DNA of 62,356 bases, counting the filler, from Dehalococcoidia bacterium (GTDB taxonomy: Bacteria; Chloroflexota; Dehalococcoidia; DSTF01; JACRBR01), in the NCBI GenBank assembly GCA_041494685.1. It is 2 parts of 2 records of this genome, joined end to end, with 100 filler letters (N's around TTAATTAATTAA, not from the genome) between each part and the next. Parts side by side here need not be neighbours in the genome. Positions count along the whole stretch, not along the records: positions 1 to 31,183 come from JBGQBE010000040.1; 1 more part is not named here. One strand, written 5' to 3'. Numbering within the stretch: position 1 is the stretch's first letter; every line of letters starts with the position of its first letter. Positions 1-8,865 of the stretch are shown here, piece after piece. Below the pieces are notes generated by a model, which saw only the letters and a program-made list of their open reading frames with translations, ran no database searches and was not told where the DNA came from. The position numbers were made by a program, and so were the translations under genes.

Positions 1-900
1 GTCCGACGCGCCGTGCGCGATCATCACGAATCCGTTGACGCCCAGTAGCGGCACGCCGCCGTACGTCCCCGGGTCCATCCGGTCGCGCATCGCCATCAGC
101 GCTGGCTTCAGCACCATCGCCGCCAGCTTGTACTGCAACTTCGCGGTCAGCGCAGCGCGCAGCTCGCGGAAGATGAAGTCGGACACACCCTCCGTCACCT
201 TCACCGCTACGTTCCCCGTGAAGCCGTCCGTCACGATCACGTCGGCCTTGCCGCGGTGCACCTCGCCGCCCTCAATGTTGCCGACGAAGTTGATGCCCGG
301 AACCTTCGTCAGCCGGTCGTGCACGTCCTGCACAAGCTCGCTGCCTTTCGTCGCCTCGCCGCCGATGTTCAGCAGCGCGATGCGCGGGTTCGGTATGCCC
401 ATCACGCGTTCGGCGTAGACGCTGCCCATCTGCGCGAATTGCACCAGGTAGTTCGGCTTCACGTCGGCGTTCGCGCCCACGTCCAGCACCAGCACGCCCA
501 GCTTGCTGAACGGCGCGATCGTCCCCAGCGCCGGCCGCTCGATGCCCTGGATGCGGCCCAGCTTCATCAGGGCCGACGCCATGACCGCGCCCGTGTTGCC
601 CGCCGAGACGAAGCCACCCGCCACGCCCCGCTTCACCATGTCCATCGCCACGTTGATCGACGCGTCGCGCTTGCTGCGCACCGCCTGCGCCGGGTGCTCG
701 TCCATGCTGATCGCCTCGGACGCGTGCACGATCTCCCAGCCGCCGGGCGCTTCGCCGTGCCGCGCCAGCTCCGCTTCGATGATCTCTTTCACGCCGACGA
801 GCGCGACGTTGATGTCCAGCTCGCGGCGGGCAAGAAGCGCACCGGCCACGGTCTCGGCCGGCGCGTGGTCGCCGCCCATGGCGTCGAGTGCAATGAGCAC
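1..900 (-). CDS. plsX: Phosphate acyltransferase PlsX (3' end lies outside the window)
   Basis: Reverse strand from GTG at 900 reads VLIALDAMGGDHAP...; later LDVGANADVKP and FVGNIEG-type motifs. Absent from the ORF track because there is no stop in the window. Confidence 0.95.
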   Translation of the reverse strand, partial: MLIALDAMGGDHAPAETVAGALLARRELDINVALVGVKEIIEAELARHGEAPGGWEIVHASEAISMDEHPAQAVRSKRDASINVAMDMVKRGVAGGFVSAGNTGAVMASALMKLGRIQGIERPALGTIAPFSKLGVLVLDVGANADVKPNYLVQFAQMGSVYAERVMGIPNPRIALLNIGGEATKGSELVQDVHDRLTKVPGINFVGNIEGGEVHRGKADVIVTDGFTGNVAVKVTEGVSDFIFRELRAALTAKLQYKLAAMVLKPALMAMRDRMDPGTYGGVPLLGVNGFVMIAHGASD

Positions 901-901
901 G

Positions 902-1690
902 TCAGTCCCCCTCCCGCTCGGCAACGATGACCATCGTATCGCTGGCGTCCGTGAAGGGCGAGAGGTCCGTGTCGCCGTAGAGCGCGGACAGCCGCAGCCC
1001 GGCGCGCTGCAGCGCCATCTCGATCTCGAAGCGGCCGCTCACCCGCAGCGCCACGTCGAACGTGCGCCGCCGCACCGTGCCGTCGGCGGCGATGCGGTCG
1101 AAGATCAGCGTGTCGATCGTGGTCTGCTGCGCGCGTGAGGCGGACGCGCTGCGCAGCTTCGTCACGGTCTCGCCCGTCGCCGGGTCCGCGTGCGTCCAGT
1201 CCATCACCAGCGGCGATGGCCCCGCGCTCCAGTCCACCGCCGTCAGGGCACGGAGCTGCGCCACGAAGACGCCGCCCGGCGCGAGATGCCGCGCGACGCA
1301 GCGCAGCGCCGCCACCTGGTCCGCCGTCGTCAGGAGGTGCTCGAAGGTCTCGCACGCGCAGTACACGAGGTCGAACTGCTCGCCGCCCAGGTCGAAGTCG
1401 CGCATGTCCCCTTCGACCAGCCGCAGCCGCGACGCCGTCTCGCTGTCGAGCGCCGCCTGCAGCCGCGAGAGCATGCGCGGCGACGAGTCGATGCCCGTGA
1501 CGCGGAAGCCCCGCCGTGCCAGGTGCAGCGCGACGCGTCCGCTGCCGACACCCAGTTCCAGCGCCGGCAAGTCGCCGCGCGCCGCGAACTGCTCGTACAT
1601 CAGCAGGTCGTCGTCGTAGTCCGCGTAGACGAGGTCGTACAGCGCCGCCAACTCGTCGTCGGCGTACGCTTCGTGCGGTGTCGCGCCCAT
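902..1690 (-). CDS. Class I SAM-dependent methyltransferase
   Basis: LELGVGSGR motif I, GIDSS, GDMRDF. ATG at 1690 lies 7 nt after a TACCCT -10-like box. Confidence 0.88.
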   Translation of the reverse strand: MGATPHEAYADDELAALYDLVYADYDDDLLMYEQFAARGDLPALELGVGSGRVALHLARRGFRVTGIDSSPRMLSRLQAALDSETASRLRLVEGDMRDFDLGGEQFDLVYCACETFEHLLTTADQVAALRCVARHLAPGGVFVAQLRALTAVDWSAGPSPLVMDWTHADPATGETVTKLRSASASRAQQTTIDTLIFDRIAADGTVRRRTFDVALRVSGRFEIEMALQRAGLRLSALYGDTDLSPFTDASDTMVIVAEREGD

Positions 1691-1806
1691 CGCGTGCAGG
1701 GTACCGGACGAGCGTGGCTGGCGAACCAGAAAGCGAACGCCGGGAGAGCGGCGCTGGCGCGCCTCTTGCGGTCCGTAATCAGTCACCGGTGATGTGAAGG
1801 AGAAGA

Positions 1807-1884
1807 TGGTCGGGGTGGGCAGATTTGAACTGCCGACCTCTCGGTCCCGAACCGAGCACTCTAGCCTGGCTGAGCTACACCCCG
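1807..1884 (-). tRNA. tRNA-Pro(CGG)
   Basis: Cloverleaf CGGGGTG...CACCCCG-A-CCA, anticodon arm CTCGG-TTCGGGA-CCGAG, T-loop TTCAAAT. Confidence 0.96.
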
Positions 1885-1894
1885 ACGGCCCCGC

Positions 1895-1922
1895 ATGCTA
1901 CCAAATGGGCCCTGCTAGACAA
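1895..1922 (-). promoter_or_regulatory. Putative sigma70 promoter of tRNA-Pro
   Basis: TTGTCT-16nt-TAGCAT with an extended -10 TG, just upstream of the tRNA. Confidence 0.45.
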
Positions 1923-1963
1923 AACGATCGGCGTACGCGCGCTATTGCAGCGATCGGCGCCGA

Positions 1964-2983
1964 TTATGCCGCCGGATCGGTGCCCGCGAGCGCGGCGTCC
2001 GGTGCGTCGCCGTCCAGCGACTTGCCGAGCTTGCCGAGCCGGTGCGTCAGGATCGCGAACATGCACAGCCCCAGCAGCACGCCGAACCACAGCGTCGCCA
2101 TGCGCACGATCACGGTTCCCGTGGTCGCCGCGCCCTTGCTCATGTCCAGCAGCCGCACCGACAGCCCCGTGATGCCCGTCTCCGCCACGCCCAGACCGCC
2201 CGGCGTCAGCAGCACCGCCGCCGCCAGCGTCGAGATCGGCAGGATGAAGGCCGCCTTGAACAGCGTGTCCGGCCCGTGGCCGACGCCCAGGCCCACGAGC
2301 GTCAGGTAGAACGCCATCACCTCGCAGAACCACGAGCCCACGCTCAGCAGCGTCATTAACATGACACCCGACGGCTTCATCAGCACGTACGTGCTCTCGT
2401 AGAACTCCTCGAAGTGCGGCACGAAGCGCTTTGCGAACGGCAGGCGCTCCGCCAACCGCAGCAGCGCGTGCGATGCCGGCCGGTGCCGCGAGATGCCGAT
2501 GAACGCCACCGACCCGACGGCGATGATCACGACGACCGGCAACGTTTCGTTACCGAACGCCACGATGCCCGTGCAGGCGATGATCAGCAGCCCGAGGCTG
2601 TCCGTCAGCCGCTCCGCCAGGAGGATCGGCGCGGAGCGGGTCACCGGCGTGCCATGGATCTCCTTGAGCAGGTAGCTCTTCAGCCACTCGCCGATCTTGC
2701 CCGGCGTCACGGTCATGCCCAGCCCGGAGAAGTAGATGAGGAAGCTGTCGGCGCGCTTCAGCCCCTGGACGCCGATCTGGCGCAGGTAGTACTCCCATTT
2801 GACGAAGCGCAGCAGGTAGTTGCCGCACGTCACCAGCAGGATCAGCGGCATCAGCTCCCAGCGGAAGTCCTTCAGGTCGTGCCCGACGTTCTTGAAGTCG
2901 CCGACCGCGAGCAGTCCCGCGAACACCAGGACGCCGAGCAGCATCGAGACGAGGAGGCGGTTGCGGATCTTCTGCAGGTTCAT
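1964..2983 (-). CDS. Lysylphosphatidylglycerol synthase TM / flippase-like (UPF0104) membrane protein
   Basis: Multi-pass membrane protein with LRFVKW, TPGKIGE, ERLTD and TPGGLGVAE motifs. Confidence 0.88.
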   Translation of the reverse strand: MNLQKIRNRLLVSMLLGVLVFAGLLAVGDFKNVGHDLKDFRWELMPLILLVTCGNYLLRFVKWEYYLRQIGVQGLKRADSFLIYFSGLGMTVTPGKIGEWLKSYLLKEIHGTPVTRSAPILLAERLTDSLGLLIIACTGIVAFGNETLPVVVIIAVGSVAFIGISRHRPASHALLRLAERLPFAKRFVPHFEEFYESTYVLMKPSGVMLMTLLSVGSWFCEVMAFYLTLVGLGVGHGPDTLFKAAFILPISTLAAAVLLTPGGLGVAETGITGLSVRLLDMSKGAATTGTVIVRMATLWFGVLLGLCMFAILTHRLGKLGKSLDGDAPDAALAGTDPAA

Positions 2984-3146
2984 GCGGTGTATAGCGTATC
3001 GGACGGGCGCGGCGCCTGCCCGCGAGAGGGGGCGTCAAGATCGCCGGTTCCGCGCGTCGCGCCCGCTCTGGAGCCTACGCGGGGCGCGTGCTACGAATAC
3101 CGGGCCGGGCGAGGTTCCCGGCGCACTCGCGGACAGGAGCGGTCTC

Positions 3147-4418
3147 ATGGTCCCCCAGCGCCTCGACTTCGGCATCTTCATGGCGCCCTTCCACCGCGCG
3201 GGCGAGAACCCCACGCTGGCGCTGCGCCGCGACATCGAGCTGATCGCGCGCCTCGACGCGCTCGGATTCGACGAGGCGTGGGTGGGTGAGCACCACTCCG
3301 GCGGCTGGGAGATCATCGCCAGCCCCGAGCTGTTCCTTGCCGCCGCCGGCGAGCGCACCGAACGCATCCGTCTCGGCACGGGCGTCGTCAGCGTGCCCTA
3401 CCACCATCCCTTCAACATCGCCGACCGCATCGTCCAGCTCGACCACCTGACGCGCGGCCGGGCCATGCTCGGCGTCGGCCCCGGCGCCCTGCCCGCCGAC
3501 GCGGCGTTTCTCGGCCTCGACCCGTCGCGCCAGCGCGCCATGATGGACGAAGGCCTCGGCGTCGTGCTGCGTCTGCTCACAGACGAAGAGCCCGTGACGT
3601 ACGAGAGCGACTGGTTCCGCCTGAAGAACGCCCAGTTGCAACTCAAGCCGTTGCAGCGCCCGACGATGCCGATCGCGGTCGCGTCAACGATCAGCCCATC
3701 GGGCATGACGACGGCCGGCAAGCACGGCGCCGGCGTCCTCTCCGTCGCGTCGTACTCCGCCGACGGCCTGCAGGCGCTGTCCAACCAATGGTCCTTCGCC
3801 GAGAGCGCGGCCGCGGAGGCGGGGCGCGCGGCGCCGGACCGCCAGCAGTGGCGCGTCGTGCTGCCGATGCACATCGCGGAGACGCGCGAGCAGGCGTTCA
3901 AGGACGTCGAGTTCGGCCTGCTCAACTGGAACAACGAGTACTTCCACCGCACGCTCGGCCACCCGGCGTTCAAGGAGTCGACCAACACCCGCCAGCTCGC
4001 GGAGGAGATGGTGTCCTTCGGCGCGCCGGTGATCGGCACCCCGGACGACCTGATCGCCCGCATCAAGCAGCTGCAGGACGTGTCCGGCGGCTTCGGCTGC
4101 GTCCTCGGCCTCGCGCACGAGTGGGCGTCGCCCGAGAACACGCTGAAGAGCTACGAGCTGATCGCGCGCTACGTCATGCCGGAGGTACAGGACCTCACAT
4201 CGTGGGTGCGCCGCTCCGGCGACTGGACGCGCACGAACGCCAGCACGCTGATCGCCGGCGCGGGCGCCGCCATCATCAAGGCGATCGCCGAGCACAAGGA
4301 CGCGTCCAAGATGCTGGGTTCGGTGCGGCCGACGGCCGCGCCCGGCGCCTTCGTCGACGCCGAGAAGGCGCATGAGGCGGCCGCGAAGTCCGCGGCAGAT
4401 GCGGCCGGCGCGCCGTAG
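3147..4418 (+). CDS. LLM-class flavin-dependent oxidoreductase (limonene monooxygenase-like)
   Basis: FGIFMAPFH, GFDEAWVGEHHSGGWE, LGTGVVSVPYHHP. CAGGAG SD before ATG 3147. Confidence 0.9.
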   Translation: MVPQRLDFGIFMAPFHRAGENPTLALRRDIELIARLDALGFDEAWVGEHHSGGWEIIASPELFLAAAGERTERIRLGTGVVSVPYHHPFNIADRIVQLDHLTRGRAMLGVGPGALPADAAFLGLDPSRQRAMMDEGLGVVLRLLTDEEPVTYESDWFRLKNAQLQLKPLQRPTMPIAVASTISPSGMTTAGKHGAGVLSVASYSADGLQALSNQWSFAESAAAEAGRAAPDRQQWRVVLPMHIAETREQAFKDVEFGLLNWNNEYFHRTLGHPAFKESTNTRQLAEEMVSFGAPVIGTPDDLIARIKQLQDVSGGFGCVLGLAHEWASPENTLKSYELIARYVMPEVQDLTSWVRRSGDWTRTNASTLIAGAGAAIIKAIAEHKDASKMLGSVRPTAAPGAFVDAEKAHEAAAKSAADAAGAP

Positions 4419-4463
4419 CCACGGCTGCGGCGTCGCGTTCCGGCGTGCTATAAATGAGGCATC

Positions 4464-4540
4464 CCCAGGGTAGCCAAGCGGCCTAAGGCAACGGTCTGTA
4501 AAACCGTGTATCGGTGGTTCGAATCCACCCCCTGGGACCA
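4464..4540 (+). tRNA. tRNA-Tyr(GTA), atypical (C1:G72, 5-nt variable loop); integration site of the downstream element
   Basis: CCCAGGG/CCCTGGG acceptor stem, A73, CCA, anticodon arm ACGGT-CTGTAAA-ACCGT, variable loop GTATC, T-arm GGTGG-TTCGAAT-CCACC. Confidence 0.93.
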
Positions 4541-4553
4541 CACTCGTAGAATC

Positions 4554-4582
4554 GAAATCGGCGCTTTTCGGGCGCCGATTTC
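4554..4582 (+). terminator. Hairpin terminator after tRNA-Tyr
   Basis: GAAATCGGCGC-TTTTCGG-GCGCCGATTTC, a perfect 11-bp stem. Confidence 0.7.
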
Positions 4583-4599
4583 TGCATTGTGCACGCCGC

Positions 4600-4622
4600 T
4601 GACAGCAACCGTGACAGCAACC
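4600..4622. repeat. Tandem direct repeat, probable integrase arm-type binding sites
   Basis: TGACAGCAACC twice (4600, 4612) between the tRNA 3' end and the integrase stop. Confidence 0.65.
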
Positions 4623-4653
4623 CGGGCGGACGAGTACGGACGACGATGGACGG

Positions 4654-5784
4654 CTACCCCGATATCGCTGGCCCGGCGAGGATCGCGTCGAATGCTTCCG
4701 CCGCCTGCTGCTGCATGGTCATCGACACGTGCGAGTAGAGGTCGAGCGTGGTGCTGATGCGGGTGTGCCCGAGCATCTCGGAGACCACCTTGGGGTGCAC
4801 GCCGCGCCCGAGCAGCAGCGTCGCCGACGTGTGCCGTAGATCGTGGAAGCGCATCCGTGGCAGACCGGCCCGTTTAAGCAGGGGCTCGTACGACCGCCGC
4901 AGCCCACTGGCGGTGATCGGCCGGCCAGTGGCGGAGCAGAACACCAAGTCGCCGTCGTCCCACGCCGCACCGATCCGCAGCCGTTCCTCCGCCTGTGCGA
5001 CGCGGTGCCGTCGCAGCGCGCCGATCGGCTGCTTGGACAGCGCGACCTGACGTCGTGACCCCGGCGTTTTCGGCTCCATGATCCGCAGACCATCTGGCGT
5101 GGCCTGCATCGACCCGCGGACCTGAAGCATGCCGGCGTCGAGGTCGACGTCGCGCCAACGCAGCCCGAGCAGCTCGCCCTGGCGCATGCCCGTCGTCACC
5201 GCGAGCACGAACAACGCCTCAAGCCGGCTGCCGGCAGCTGCGTCGAGGAACGCTCGCGCCTGCTCACCGGACAGCGTCGCGATCTCGAAGTGACGGTTGC
5301 GCAGCGGATCGACGAGGTCGGCGACGTTACGGTTGACCAGGCCCCAGCGGACCGCGTTCGAAAGCGCCTTGTGAATGAGCGCGTGCAGGTGGTTCACCGT
5401 CGTTGGCGAGAGACCCGCGTCCAGTCGCGACGTGTACAGCCGCTGCAGATGCTGAGGACCGAGCTTCGTCAGTGACAGCGAGCCGAGATCTGGAACGACG
5501 TGGAGGCGTACGAACTGCTCGTAGCGCACGAACGTGCGCGGGCGTAGCGACGGCCGCACGGCGTCCAGCCATTGCTTGAAGAACTGACGTACCGCCTGTC
5601 GTGGACCCGTGACGAGCGTCCCTTTCGCTTGTTCGTCGAGCGCGGCGTGCAATTGCTTCGACACCTCGCCGCGGGTCCTGCCGAGGAAGTGCTTGCGCTT
5701 GCCCATGCCGACGCCGATCGAGGCGCACCAGCGGCCATCCTTTCGCTGGTGGATGGAGCCTTCACCGTTTGCGCGCTTACCCAC
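4654..5784 (-). CDS. int: Tyrosine recombinase / site-specific integrase
   Basis: N-terminal GKRANGEGSI arm-binding domain. Catalytic residues intact: GMRQGE, PKT, HDLRH, LGH, DLYSH. Start is GTG 5784 or 5793. Confidence 0.96.
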   Translation of the reverse strand: MGKRANGEGSIHQRKDGRWCASIGVGMGKRKHFLGRTRGEVSKQLHAALDEQAKGTLVTGPRQAVRQFFKQWLDAVRPSLRPRTFVRYEQFVRLHVVPDLGSLSLTKLGPQHLQRLYTSRLDAGLSPTTVNHLHALIHKALSNAVRWGLVNRNVADLVDPLRNRHFEIATLSGEQARAFLDAAAGSRLEALFVLAVTTGMRQGELLGLRWRDVDLDAGMLQVRGSMQATPDGLRIMEPKTPGSRRQVALSKQPIGALRRHRVAQAEERLRIGAAWDDGDLVFCSATGRPITASGLRRSYEPLLKRAGLPRMRFHDLRHTSATLLLGRGVHPKVVSEMLGHTRISTTLDLYSHVSMTMQQQAAEAFDAILAGPAISG

Positions 5785-6802
5785 GCCCTTCACCTCTCCT
5801 CCTCTGCTTCTCGCGCCGCCTGTAGTCTGCGACCGCATCCTTCATGGGTGCAGAGGAGTCTCGACAACCATCGCAATAGCGTCGGCGCCCCTCGGTCGGT
5901 CGACGCCTCGGAACATATGGTTCGCCACACGAGCTGCACAGCGCGAGTCCCTCGGTTTTGGCGACCCGCAGCATCAACTGCACGCCGACGGCGGCGAACA
6001 AGCCTCCTCCTGCCATCGTGACTTGCGGCTGGTCCATCTCCCACGAAATAACGGGCCGGACGTTACCGAGCTGGACCCACCGAAAGACCGCTTCGGCCAG
6101 ATCTTCGCGTTCCGATTGGACCACGTCTGCGACGCGTTTCCTGTCGCATGAATCCGCCAGCAAGTCCGCAAAGGGTGTCCTTGTGCCCCGGAGTAGTTCC
6201 TCGCCGTATGGCGGTTCATCATCAACGCGGTAGGTGGTTCCGAACGGGTAAATGCTCTTCGCTGGCAGGCCCTCGAGTTCCCAGATCGTTAGTCGCCATC
6301 GGTCGAGGCCATCCCGCATGATTGTCTGCCAATCGGCGGCTTGGCCCGGCTCGTTGCCATATAGCCGGATGGCAATGCGCAGTATCGCCCTCGCCTGCGC
6401 GGACCAGAATCTCCACGTGGAGGCCGGGGCTGCCGGGTCCTCTCCGAATACGAACGGCTGACAGCGGTGACGAAGGACGGCCCCCGGATCCCCCACGGAG
6501 GTACCTACGTGGCTGACCGGAAGCATGTGATCATCGCAGACGAGCAGGGGCCCCCAATGTTCGGCGTACTGAGCGATGCGGTCGGCCGATGCGTCGGCGA
6601 GGCGCAAGAAGCCATCAAGCATGCCGTCGCCGGCACGGACATCCTCCCAGCCGTGTTCCGATGAACAAACTATCCAGCCTGCTGAGGAGCTCGCCGTTAC
6701 GGGCGCTTGCCAGGTACCGAAGTCCATAGGGACGTCGAGGCGGAACTTCGAGCTGCCCATATCCCTCAAGTCACTCAACCGCCCGCTCGCCGAGATTGTC
6801 AT
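5777..6802 (-). CDS. Hypothetical element regulator with C-terminal CGNR-like zinc finger
   Basis: C-terminal CSSC...RRRYCDGC followed by a basic helix. Divergent from xis and overlaps the int start. Confidence 0.65.
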   Translation of the reverse strand: MTISASGRLSDLRDMGSSKFRLDVPMDFGTWQAPVTASSSAGWIVCSSEHGWEDVRAGDGMLDGFLRLADASADRIAQYAEHWGPLLVCDDHMLPVSHVGTSVGDPGAVLRHRCQPFVFGEDPAAPASTWRFWSAQARAILRIAIRLYGNEPGQAADWQTIMRDGLDRWRLTIWELEGLPAKSIYPFGTTYRVDDEPPYGEELLRGTRTPFADLLADSCDRKRVADVVQSEREDLAEAVFRWVQLGNVRPVISWEMDQPQVTMAGGGLFAAVGVQLMLRVAKTEGLALCSSCGEPYVPRRRPTEGRRRYCDGCRDSSAPMKDAVADYRRREKQRRRGEGRG

Positions 6803-6803
6803 A

Positions 6804-6837
6804 CGATAGTTATATCGAATGTAGTGCGAACTGTCCA
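6804..6837 (-). promoter_or_regulatory. Leaderless promoter with overlapping palindrome
   Basis: TGGACA-17nt-TATAAC ends 6 nt before ATG 6802. CGATA-GTTA-TATCG inverted repeat at 6804-6817. Confidence 0.55.
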
Positions 6838-6918
6838 CACATACGCGAAACTCGTCCGTGGCCCACCGCCGTCCGAGCGCCACCCGGGTCGAGTGTGGCG
6901 ACGCAGCTAGAGGTGAAC

Positions 6919-7119
6919 ATGGAGGAGAAGCTACTCGTGGATGTCGCCGCAGCATCCCGCCTCTTGGGCTTGTCGCGTTCGTTCACCTACAGCCGGCTGA
7001 TACAGACCGGGCGGCTTCGCTCATACAAGATCGGAGGTGCCAGGCGCGTGATTGTCGAGGACCTTCATGAATTCATCCGCAGGCTGAAGGAAGAATCAGA
7101 AGAGGCAGCACATGGATGA
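6919..7119 (+). CDS. Excisionase-like helix-turn-helix protein
   Basis: 66 aa, LLVDVAAASRLLGLSRS..Y.LI..GRLRSYKIGGARRV pattern, GAGGTG SD. Confidence 0.88.
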   Translation: MEEKLLVDVAAASRLLGLSRSFTYSRLIQTGRLRSYKIGGARRVIVEDLHEFIRRLKEESEEAAHG

Positions 7120-7299
7120 CGCGCGCCGCTGCTCGTCGATAACGGCGTTGGTATCGAGCGCCTCGCGTGTGGCACGAGCCAGCATGGCGTCCCTGCCGCG
7201 CTCCTGCCTGTGGACGGCACTCAGGCGCCGCATCGGCAATTGCCAGATCTGTGTGGAGTTGGAGTCATCGGAGCCGCCCGCCTGATTGAGGGGTGAAAG

Positions 7300-7737
7300 A
7301 TGGCGCGTCGCGAGAGCTGGATAAAAGCGCACGGCGAGGACAACAACACGGCCGCGCTCATTCGCTCGAGCTGGGCGGCGCGCGGCGTCTGGTACGCATT
7401 GCAGCTCCACACGATGGATCGCTGCGACACGCCGGGCGTGCTGACGCGCAGTCGGAAGGCGATTGCGATCGCCGATCTCGCACTTGAGCTACACACCGAC
7501 GAGCAGACGCTGCGAACGGCGATCGACGAACTGCTCGGCGCTGGCGGGCTGCTCGAGCGACGAGAGGGCGGCGTGCTCGCATTCCCGAACTGGAACAAGC
7601 GGCAAGCCGGAACTGCGACGAGCAACCGCGACGCCTGGCGGACAACCAAGCGTCGACAGCGAGAATCGAAACGCCTTGGTGTGGATCAGTCTGCACACGC
7701 CGACGGGCCTACGCCCCAGCTGAGGAGTCTGAAGTAA
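7300..7737 (+). pseudogene. Phage replisome-organizer-like replication initiator, N-terminal part only
   Basis: SWIK...W..L...G.L...LA...A..EL...G.L.FPNWNKRQ...S..R..KRRQRE pattern typical of phage initiator N-domains. Ends right after the basic segment. Confidence 0.6.
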
Positions 7738-8008
7738 TCCTCAATATCATCTCCTTCTTCTTCTTCCAACACGGTCCAGCGTCGTCCCATGGACGTCCCG
7801 TGATGTCCACCGGACAACCAGACTCGCTTTGCGACAGCTCCCCACGGTGCTGCACGAGACGGCGACCTCGGGGGAGCGCGGCACCGCACGGAGCCCGCGT
7901 GCACCGCCGCAATCGGCTCTTGCGATGCCAGGAGTGAGCGCGCGAGGTTCCATCGGGCGAGCGGATGCTCATGCTGGCCGAATCGTGTCGGCGGAGGGGT
8001 CGGACCGC

Positions 8009-8839
8009 CTATTCGGGCTTACGCCAGATGCGTATCTCGGTATCCCGTGTGCGTTCGGCGAAGAGTCCCGACGGCGATGCTTCCGCAAGACTGCGCCGCA
8101 CCTCGGCGTCGAAGTCCCCAAGCCGATCTCCGAAGAGGTGGGGCGCCGCGCTCGAGCGCGAGTAATACGAGGCGAGCACGTCATCCACCGTCCGGATAAG
8201 TACCTGCCGGCCGACGACGCGCACGCGCTGGACCGGCCCGAACCCCGCCCGCACCACGACGGCGTCCTCGCCGTCCGGCGAGGTGGTTCGGATACCCTGG
8301 CCGGCGCGCCTCTCAGGTCCGAGGTAACGGTGGAGGATCTCGGTGATGGCCTTGCGTGGCGGCAGTGGGTGCGGAAGGGGGCCCCCGGGCTCGGGCACGC
8401 CGTCGGATGTCTCGGTGACCTGAACGAACGCCCCTCCCGGCTCCAGCATTGCGAGCATGGTTGCAGCGACGGCGTCACGGTCCATCCAGTGAAACGACCG
8501 CGAGAAGGTCGCCACAAGGAACGTCCCGAGGCCTGCGGGCAGGTCTTCCCCGCGCGCCTTCACCCAGCGGGCGTTGCCGATGTTTCGCTCGCCGGCCAGT
8601 CGCTCGGCCTCGTCGAGCATGTCTTGATCGGGATCAACACCGACGACCTCCTCGAAGAGGTGGGCGAAGCAGAGCCCGATGACGCCCGGCCCGCAGCCGA
8701 CGTCGATCAGACGGCCGCGGCCATCGAGGTCGAGTGCGCGTGCCGCTTCGTCAGCGAGACCAGCTGCGTACGGATGGCGACCAAGCATGTAGTACCGCGC
8801 GGCGCCGCGGAAGAGTGTCTCGTCCCATTCCCAGTCCAT
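8009..8839 (-). CDS. Class I SAM-dependent methyltransferase
   Basis: LIDVGCGPG, GVDPDQDML, SFHWMD, LEPGG. Confidence 0.9.
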   Translation of the reverse strand: MDWEWDETLFRGAARYYMLGRHPYAAGLADEAARALDLDGRGRLIDVGCGPGVIGLCFAHLFEEVVGVDPDQDMLDEAERLAGERNIGNARWVKARGEDLPAGLGTFLVATFSRSFHWMDRDAVAATMLAMLEPGGAFVQVTETSDGVPEPGGPLPHPLPPRKAITEILHRYLGPERRAGQGIRTTSPDGEDAVVVRAGFGPVQRVRVVGRQVLIRTVDDVLASYYSRSSAAPHLFGDRLGDFDAEVRRSLAEASPSGLFAERTRDTEIRIWRKPE

Positions 8840-8865
8840 CCAATCACTCTACATGAGCGACCGCG

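Noticed and set aside
5911..5923. GAACATATGGTT(C), also at about 11969, as a LexA box or att core
   Set aside because: The spacer is 5 nt rather than the GAAC-N4-GTTC consensus, and one copy is inside a CDS; probably coincidence.
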